Below, one piece after another: positions 54,507 to 61,235 of a stretch of 64,000 bases of DNA (position 1 is the first letter of the stretch; every line of letters starts with the position of its first letter). The notes under the pieces are model-generated. The model was not told the origin of the DNA, made no database searches, and saw only the letters and a list, made by a program, of their open reading frames with translations. This DNA comes from Polyangiaceae bacterium (lineage in GTDB: Bacteria > Myxococcota_A > Polyangia > Polyangiales > Polyangiaceae), in NCBI GenBank assembly GCA_050287085.1, contig JBNKBE010000002.1, forward strand, positions 192,001 to 256,000, given 5' to 3'. Made by a program: the position numbers and the translations under genes.

Positions 54507-56021
54507 ATGGCCCGTCACATCGGCATAGACATTCGCCCCAACATCGTTCGCGTAGCTGCGCTGCGTAGCAGCTACCGAAAGGTGGCATTGGAAGGCCTCA
54601 ACGAGGTCGATCGAGAGGCCTTCGCCTCCTTGGAGGAGGCAATTGCTGCCGCCGTGGAGCCGTTTGCGCGTCAGCATGAAAACGTGGCGGTGGGACTGGA
54701 TGGCGGCAGCACATACGTGCATCGGGTGCCGCTGCCCCCCGCGGCGCTGAAGCAGGTAGAGGAGGTGCTGCCCTTTGAACTCGAGGCGCAGATCCCCGTT
54801 GATATGGACGAGCTGGTCTTCGACTCCCGGGTGCTTCCACGCGAGCGGGGGGACTCCCAGGTCGAGGTGCTGGCCGCGGCGGCTCCGATCGAGCGCGTGC
54901 AAGGACTCGTCGATTTGTTGCGCCGTGCTCTTGGGCGTGAACCCGAGCGAGTGGGGGCGGGGGCGGTCCCCCTTGGCAACTTGGCTTCAACCAGCGCTGA
55001 GCTTGGACACGCGGAGTGTGCGGCGCTGTTAGACGTGGGCGAAGACACCAGCGACCTGGCGATCTTGGCCTCCGGAACTTGCCTTTTTGCCCGGACACTC
55101 TCGGTCGGCGTGGCGGGTCTTCCTGGCAATGCCGAGCAGTTTCTCTCCAAGTTGCGCCAGTCGTTGACGGCGTGGCTTGCTGCGAGCGACCACCCGGTCA
55201 CGGCGTTGTACCTCCTCGGGGCGGGTCCAGCGGCGCCTGGAATGGCTGAGTACTTGTCCGCCCATTTGAGCATGACGGTGGACGTGCTGCCCAAGCTGCG
55301 CTTGGACACCAGCGCGGTGCAAAGGCCAAAGAGCGCGCTTGACGTTCCGGAGGCGGACGAGGAGCACCGTGTATTGCTGGCCGCATACGGAAAGGCGATT
55401 GCTCTCGCGCTCAGTTTGCGGCCGGGCGCTCGCGATCTGAATCTCCGCAGCGGCGCCGTATCGTTCCAGCATGGTTTTGGTTTCCTCAAAGAGAAGGTCC
55501 CAGTGCTGGCCGGGCTCATGGCAGTCCTGCTCGTGAGCTTTCTGTTCTCTGCGTGGGCTCGCAATCGCGCCTTGTCGGAACAGCGAGTGCTGCTCTCGGA
55601 GTCCTTATCCCTCTTGTCCAAGGAAGTCCTGAACGAAGAAACCGATGACGCGGACTACGCCCTTGAACTGCTCGACAACGGAACGCGTCGCGAGGAGGAT
55701 CCCCAGCCCGAAATGGACGGCTTTGGTCTTCTAATGGCGCTCGAAGAACGGATCCCAGACGATATCGAGCACAATATCGAAGAGCTCGACTATCAGAAGA
55801 CGAAAGTCACTCTGCGCGGCGTGGTCCCTCACGCTGAGGACGCGCAGAAGATCGGTGAAGCTCTCAAAGAGCACAAGTGTATCAAGGACGTGAAGACGGA
55901 GCAGATCACGCGCTTTGGCAAGTCGGACCAGCAGAAGTACACCATGACATTTGAGGTCCGATGCCAGGAGCCGAAGAAGAAACCCCCCAAGCCGTCGCTC
56001 GCGGCCGAAGGGGAGGAGTAG
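54507..56021 (+). CDS. gspL: Type II secretion protein L with a PilM-like cytoplasmic domain
   Basis: IGIDI, LPFELEAQIP, LLDVG and LYLLGAG (actin-like fold); NLR then a TM and a periplasmic ferredoxin-like region. Confidence 0.85.
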   Translation: MARHIGIDIRPNIVRVAALRSSYRKVALEGLNEVDREAFASLEEAIAAAVEPFARQHENVAVGLDGGSTYVHRVPLPPAALKQVEEVLPFELEAQIPVDMDELVFDSRVLPRERGDSQVEVLAAAAPIERVQGLVDLLRRALGREPERVGAGAVPLGNLASTSAELGHAECAALLDVGEDTSDLAILASGTCLFARTLSVGVAGLPGNAEQFLSKLRQSLTAWLAASDHPVTALYLLGAGPAAPGMAEYLSAHLSMTVDVLPKLRLDTSAVQRPKSALDVPEADEEHRVLLAAYGKAIALALSLRPGARDLNLRSGAVSFQHGFGFLKEKVPVLAGLMAVLLVSFLFSAWARNRALSEQRVLLSESLSLLSKEVLNEETDDADYALELLDNGTRREEDPQPEMDGFGLLMALEERIPDDIEHNIEELDYQKTKVTLRGVVPHAEDAQKIGEALKEHKCIKDVKTEQITRFGKSDQQKYTMTFEVRCQEPKKKPPKPSLAAEGEE

Positions 56022-56025
56022 CCCG

Positions 56026-56628
56026 ATGGGGATCCAAGAACGTCTGGACGCTTTGCAGCCGCGTGAGCGGCGCCTGCTGCTCGTATTTGCGGGACTCTTC
56101 GTGGTCATCGCAGTGCTGGCGATACCGCTCGCTGTTTCGGCTGCGTTGGCAGAGCGTCGAGAGGACAACGAGCAGCTGCAATACGCTATCGGGCGGATTG
56201 CGAGCGAACGAGACGCCTTTGCCGAGCGCCGGGCGGCGAGTGAACGCGTCATCGCTCGATACCGAACGGCCGCGCCTGCGTTGGCGGGTTTCATCGAACG
56301 GCAAGCGCAGGCACTCGAGATCGAGATTCCGGAATTCAAGGACCGCCCGATCGTTCCCCTGCAAAACAAGCGCTATGAGGAGCGATCGACAGAGATTCGA
56401 GTCAAAGCGGTGGGGATGCGCAGCCTGATTCTATTCTTGGAAAAGATAGCGCAAGCGCCGTATCCGATCAGCATCACTAAGCTCAGCATTCGCAAGCGTG
56501 CCGCGAAGGAGGACACCTGGGACGCCACGCTCATCGTCTCCGCCTTCCACATGTCGGAGGATGCACTTGCGAAGCTGAACTCGCCGAAGAAGTCGCCGGG
56601 CGCGGGCGCGGCCGAGGCCACACCATGA
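56026..56628 (+). CDS. gspM: Type II secretion protein M
   Basis: LQPRERRLL followed by a TM and coiled coil; located between gspL and gspN. Confidence 0.82.
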   Translation: MGIQERLDALQPRERRLLLVFAGLFVVIAVLAIPLAVSAALAERREDNEQLQYAIGRIASERDAFAERRAASERVIARYRTAAPALAGFIERQAQALEIEIPEFKDRPIVPLQNKRYEERSTEIRVKAVGMRSLILFLEKIAQAPYPISITKLSIRKRAAKEDTWDATLIVSAFHMSEDALAKLNSPKKSPGAGAAEATP

Positions 56629-57671
56629 AACTACCCAGTCGAACGAAGCTGCTACGCTGGCTTGGCTATCCCGCCTTCTATGTGATCTGCTTGCTCGCTT
56701 TCGCGTACGCAACCTTCCCCTACGATCGTCTCAAGCAGCGCTTGATCGCCGGCTACAATGCAACTCAGGTGGGCAAGCCTGAGCCCAGACGCATGGAGGT
56801 GGGGGACTTAACCTGGTCATGGCGATTCCCAGGTGTGGTGCTGACCGACGTTGAGCTCATCGCGCCCAAGCCGGAAGAGGGCTCGGCGTCGAGCGAAGAA
56901 ACGCCTCCCAAGCAGTCGCCAGTGATCGCGGTCGACGAGGTCTATGCGACCGCCTCGCTCTGGTCGATGCTATTGGGGAGGACCAGCGTCGATTTTCAGG
57001 CGGTGGGTTTCAATGGGAAACTGTCGGGCAGCTTTGCTGCGTCCGATGATGAGTTGTCCGTGAATGTAGAGTTCGACGGTGTTGACCCGGGCCAGCTTCC
57101 AGGGGTTGCAGAAGCTTTGCAGCTGCCCCTGAGCGGTACGCTGAACGGCACCCTCAGTCTGGTGGTGCCCGAGAAGCACTACTCGAAGGCTAACGGTCAG
57201 GTTGAGCTCAGCATCGACGAACTCGAGATTGGGGACGGCAAGACTAAGATCCGAGGTCTGCTCGCACTGCCAACGGTGCGAGCGGGGACACTCGCTATCA
57301 GTGCTCAGATCAAAGACGGCAAGGCGACGATTGAACGCTTCGAGGCAAACGGTCCGGACCTCGAGGTCCACAGCGACGGACGTATCCGATTGCGCGACGA
57401 GCTCGGCCAGTCTTTGGTCGAGCAGATGAATCTCTCGTTCAATTTTTCGGCCCAGTATCGAACCAAGGATAAGACCACTGAATCGCTGCTGGGAAAGCCG
57501 GGGGAGCGCTTCGGTGGGGCCATCGAGCTCGATCCTCAGGTCAAACGAGCAAGGCAGCCAGACGGTTCTTTCAATTGGCGCATAGCGGGGCCGCTCGCCA
57601 ATTTACGCTTCACGCCGGGGCGGGCCACAAGCTCTGCGCGACGTGCGCCGAGGTCGACCGCCAAGCACTGA
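56625..57671 (+). CDS. gspN: Type II secretion protein N (deltaproteobacterial/myxobacterial type)
   Basis: N-terminal TM followed by TFPYDRLK; beta-rich AsmA-like body; last gene of the operon. Confidence 0.85.
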   Translation: MKLPSRTKLLRWLGYPAFYVICLLAFAYATFPYDRLKQRLIAGYNATQVGKPEPRRMEVGDLTWSWRFPGVVLTDVELIAPKPEEGSASSEETPPKQSPVIAVDEVYATASLWSMLLGRTSVDFQAVGFNGKLSGSFAASDDELSVNVEFDGVDPGQLPGVAEALQLPLSGTLNGTLSLVVPEKHYSKANGQVELSIDELEIGDGKTKIRGLLALPTVRAGTLAISAQIKDGKATIERFEANGPDLEVHSDGRIRLRDELGQSLVEQMNLSFNFSAQYRTKDKTTESLLGKPGERFGGAIELDPQVKRARQPDGSFNWRIAGPLANLRFTPGRATSSARRAPRSTAKH

Positions 57672-57764
57672 GGGCCCCTAGGGTGGGGCGACATAGGGCT
57701 GGCTGCGGACCGTTACTTCCAGCGGATGCCAGGCGGACCAGGCTCCTGGTGGCCCATCACCGTG

Positions 57765-58001
57765 CTAGTCCGTCTTATCGTCGTGACCGCGCAATTCGTC
57801 GGCGACGATTTCGAAGAAGTTCTTGAGGCTCTTCAGACTGAGCTTGGCCTCGGCCAGGTGCTCCTGGAGGTGATCGATGGCGCCGTGCTGAAGGGCCTCG
57901 CGTCGGCATTTGAGTTCCGTATTGAGGCCGTTGAGCGCTTGTTGCGTCTCCTCAGCAAGTCGCTCCAGCTCCGCGGTGGGGGTGTCTCGGGGGGGGCTCA
58001 T
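57765..58001 (-). CDS. Small coiled-coil hypothetical protein
   Basis: About 78-aa amphipathic helical ORF with GAGGAG RBS before ATG 58001, downstream of the Na/Pi symporter. Confidence 0.55.
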   Translation of the reverse strand: MSPPRDTPTAELERLAEETQQALNGLNTELKCRREALQHGAIDHLQEHLAEAKLSLKSLKNFFEIVADELRGHDDKTD

Positions 58002-58058
58002 GAGCGACTCCTCAAGTAAAGGCATTGGGGCACGAAACGCGCTCAAGCTCTAATTGCG

Positions 58059-59216
58059 TCACAGCATACGGCTGAGGGCCAGCAGTAGACCGGGGACGAC
58101 GAAAAACACACCAAGAATGTACGCCAGGGCAATGACTTTGCGCTGGGACGCTATTTCAGCCAGCCAAGCCGCGGCACGCAAGGGGAGTTCGCGTAGAAAT
58201 GAGATGTTCCAGATCACGATCACGGCCGACGTGTTGAAGAGCAGGTGAATCAGAGCGATCTGCAGCGCTACGGCGGCATTGGCACCCGTGACCCCTGTGG
58301 CGGCGAGCAGTGCCGTTACGCAGGTGCCGATGTTGGCCCCGAGGGTGAAGGGGTAGATCTGCCTAGCCGTGAAGATCCCAGCGCCGGCGAGGGGCACCAT
58401 GAGCGACGTGGTGGTGGACGAGGACTGAACCAAGACGGTGACCAGAGTGCCCGAAAGGATGCCGGTGAGAGGACCACGACCGATGGCCGTGTGCAGCAGC
58501 TGCTTGGCGCGCCCTACGAGTAGGGAGCGCAGCAGCTTGCCGACCACCAGAATGGCTCCGAAGATGAGTCCGACACCAACGATCACTAGTAGCAGACCGC
58601 CGTAGGGCTGCTGCAAGCCAGTCGCAGCGCCGCGCAGGGTGTCGACTACCGGCGAGGTCACCAGCTTGACGATATTGGCGCTGCCGACGTCCACCTGACC
58701 GCCTCCGGCCAGCGCTTCCGCAATGACTCTTGCGACGCGCTCGAGCAGGCCGAAGGCGACTTCGAGGGGGAGAAAGAGAGCGACCGCCAGGAGATTGAAG
58801 TAGTCGTGAATCGTCGCGGCTTCGAAAGCGCGACGGAACTCGTCGTTCGAGCGAACGTATCCCAGGCTCACGATGGTGTTGGTGATGCTGGTGCCTACGT
58901 TGGCTCCCATGACGATTGGGACCGCCACGGCGACGGGCAGCCCGCCTGCGACCAAAGCGACGATGATGGATGTGACGGTCGAGGATGACTGGATGAGAGC
59001 CGTCGCCACCGTGCCGATGATCAAGCCCAGGAACGGGTTGGTCGCAAACGCGAACAGCTCTTTTGCTTGACCTCCGGTCGCACTCTTGAAGCCGCCCCCG
59101 ATCAGGCCGACGGCACAGATCAAGATATAGACGAGGAACGCGACTGCGAGCCAAGACGCTGCGCGTCTGCCTTTCCCGGTCGTGGTGGGCTGCTCAGCAT
59201 GCGATTCGGCGGTCAC
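58059..59216 (-). CDS. Na+/phosphate symporter (NptA/SLC34-like)
   Basis: Two inverted-repeat motifs, QSSSTVTS...GANVGTS and QSSSTTTS...GANIGT; highly hydrophobic. Start (GTG 59216) uncertain. Confidence 0.92.
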   Translation of the reverse strand: MTAESHAEQPTTTGKGRRAASWLAVAFLVYILICAVGLIGGGFKSATGGQAKELFAFATNPFLGLIIGTVATALIQSSSTVTSIIVALVAGGLPVAVAVPIVMGANVGTSITNTIVSLGYVRSNDEFRRAFEAATIHDYFNLLAVALFLPLEVAFGLLERVARVIAEALAGGGQVDVGSANIVKLVTSPVVDTLRGAATGLQQPYGGLLLVIVGVGLIFGAILVVGKLLRSLLVGRAKQLLHTAIGRGPLTGILSGTLVTVLVQSSSTTTSLMVPLAGAGIFTARQIYPFTLGANIGTCVTALLAATGVTGANAAVALQIALIHLLFNTSAVIVIWNISFLRELPLRAAAWLAEIASQRKVIALAYILGVFFVVPGLLLALSRML

Positions 59217-59411
59217 CGCGGCGTGCCTAACGCACCGGGGCATGGGGGAGCAACAACGAAACCCCTCGTCCGCCATGCCTTGATGAACAGGCCGGCAGGA
59301 TCGCCCCGCATTGACGCCGATTGTGACAATCGAGCGACGACCTGGTGACAGGGCCTGCCCTGGATTGTACGAAGCTGAGCTGTGCGAGCTGGTAGGCCTC
59401 GCCCACCGGTT

Positions 59412-61085
59412 TCAGGGGGCCGGTAAGCGCTGCCGCGTATAGCGCCGAGCGAGTTCACGCAACTCGCGCACGTCAAAGGGCTTCGTTAGGCGCTCGTTTC
59501 GACAAGCGCCGAGGTAGCGGCGTTCCGAGTCGGTAGCGGCGCCACCCGTCATAAACACCAGACGGGAAGCCTGTTCGGGGCGCTCTTGAGCCAAACGTTT
59601 GTGCAGTTCGCTGCCCGATACATTGGGCATCATCAGGTCGCATAGAATCAGGTCGTACTCCTCCCCAGCCAAGAGATGTTGGAGGGCAGTTCGGGAGTCT
59701 GCGTAGCAGGCCACGTCATGCTCGCTCCGAAGCACTCGGAGAATCGCCTTGAGTACGATGTTTTCATCGTCAACAACCAGAATGCGACCATTGCCAACGG
59801 AGCTCGTTCCGTATTCCGCTCGCGAACCCTGCCCTTCGGTCGCGCCGGCCAGTGCGAAGCTTAGGGTTGCCCGTCCGCCCAGTTCGGGGTCGAAGCCCAG
59901 CCGGCCGCCGAACTCGCTGGCATCAGTCCGTGTCAGGTCGGGCACCAAACCCCCCTGTGCGCCTGGCGGACCCTGGCTGGCGTCCGGCAGCTCTTGGCCG
60001 AGCTCGAGTCGGTTGTCGCTGAGGGCGATCACGCAGCGCTGCCCCCCAGTGGGATCAGCATGCACCGTCACCTCCACTCGGATTTCGTTGCGTTGCGGAT
60101 TCGGGACGGTGAAAGCGCGCGCGGCGCTGGTCAGTAGGCTGATCAGCGCTTGCGTGAGACGCGCTTCGTCGGCCATCACGATTGCAGGCGCTGCGAGCTC
60201 GACCCGAACCCGTGCGATTTGCTCCAACTCGTGCGCGCAGGAGGCCTGGGCCGTCGCGATGGCGCTTGCCACGGAGGTGGGCGCGAGGGTTGGGTTGCCC
60301 CGTCCCGCTGCATGCAGGGCTCCAACCGTGCGAGCGATTCGCTCGGCCCCATAGCGGGCGTCGAGCAGGCTTTCCATGAGCTCGTCGTGTCCGGGGCTGC
60401 CCTGGGGGAGCCGCTTGACCAGATCGAGGGCGATATCCAGGTTGGCACTTACGAACGTCAAGGGATTGTTGATCTCATGTCCCAGGCCATCTGCGACCGA
60501 GTCCGCGGCGGACGAGCCTTGGCGCTCTGGGCCTTGCGACAACCAGGACTGAGGGCCCGAACGGTGTCGGGCCGCGCGCTCGCCGCTAGGAGGAAGGGAG
60601 CCTCGACGGAGCTCCAATTGGGCCATCACTTGATGTGCAAGCCGTTCGAGGAGTTGGCGTTGCGTCCCGGACAGCATCCGCGGAATACGGTCGGCAACAC
60701 ATAAAGTGCCCAGCACATGCTGCCGGTGACAGAGCGGTACCCCGAAGTAGAAGCGAAACCCACCGCTCCCATGCGCCAGCGGATTGTTCTGGAGAGCGGG
60801 GTCCAGGTGGGTGTCCTCGATCTGCACCGAATGGCCGCTGGCAAGGACTCGTGCGCAGAAAGAGAGCCCCTTGGGGAGCTCGGTTGTCTCGAGTCCGTAC
60901 CGTGATTTGAACCACTGTCGCGAACCGTCGAGGAAGGAAATCAGAGCGACAGGGGTCTGCGCCACAAACGCTGCCAACTGCGTGAGATCGTCGAATACGT
61001 GCTCCGGTGGCGTGTCGAGGACACCGAAGCTCTGCAGAGCGCTCAGCCTTTCAGCTTCGTTCGGGGAGGGGAATACCACCGGCAC
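59412..61085 (-). CDS. Hybrid sensor protein GAF-HisKA-(degenerate HATPase)-receiver
   Basis: EAERLSAL...LDTPPE...FDDLTQLAA...FYFGVPL...GTLCVAD (GAF); GHEINNPLTF (H-box); ILVVDDE...ILCDLMMP...MTGG...KPF (receiver). N, G1 and G2 boxes degenerate. Start uncertain (61085 or 61115). Confidence 0.88.
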   Translation of the reverse strand: MPVVFPSPNEAERLSALQSFGVLDTPPEHVFDDLTQLAAFVAQTPVALISFLDGSRQWFKSRYGLETTELPKGLSFCARVLASGHSVQIEDTHLDPALQNNPLAHGSGGFRFYFGVPLCHRQHVLGTLCVADRIPRMLSGTQRQLLERLAHQVMAQLELRRGSLPPSGERAARHRSGPQSWLSQGPERQGSSAADSVADGLGHEINNPLTFVSANLDIALDLVKRLPQGSPGHDELMESLLDARYGAERIARTVGALHAAGRGNPTLAPTSVASAIATAQASCAHELEQIARVRVELAAPAIVMADEARLTQALISLLTSAARAFTVPNPQRNEIRVEVTVHADPTGGQRCVIALSDNRLELGQELPDASQGPPGAQGGLVPDLTRTDASEFGGRLGFDPELGGRATLSFALAGATEGQGSRAEYGTSSVGNGRILVVDDENIVLKAILRVLRSEHDVACYADSRTALQHLLAGEEYDLILCDLMMPNVSGSELHKRLAQERPEQASRLVFMTGGAATDSERRYLGACRNERLTKPFDVRELRELARRYTRQRLPAP

Positions 61086-61235
61086 GCGCGCACTGTAGCA
61101 AGAATGAGCTAGCAATGGAGGGCTAACGCGCCTTTTGACCCTACTGCGTCTGACCCGAATGGGCTACGGGACGCCGAGGCCCATTCGCGCTAAGGGGGGG
61201 CGTGTTTGCGACGTTCGCTGAGACGTCGCAAATCG

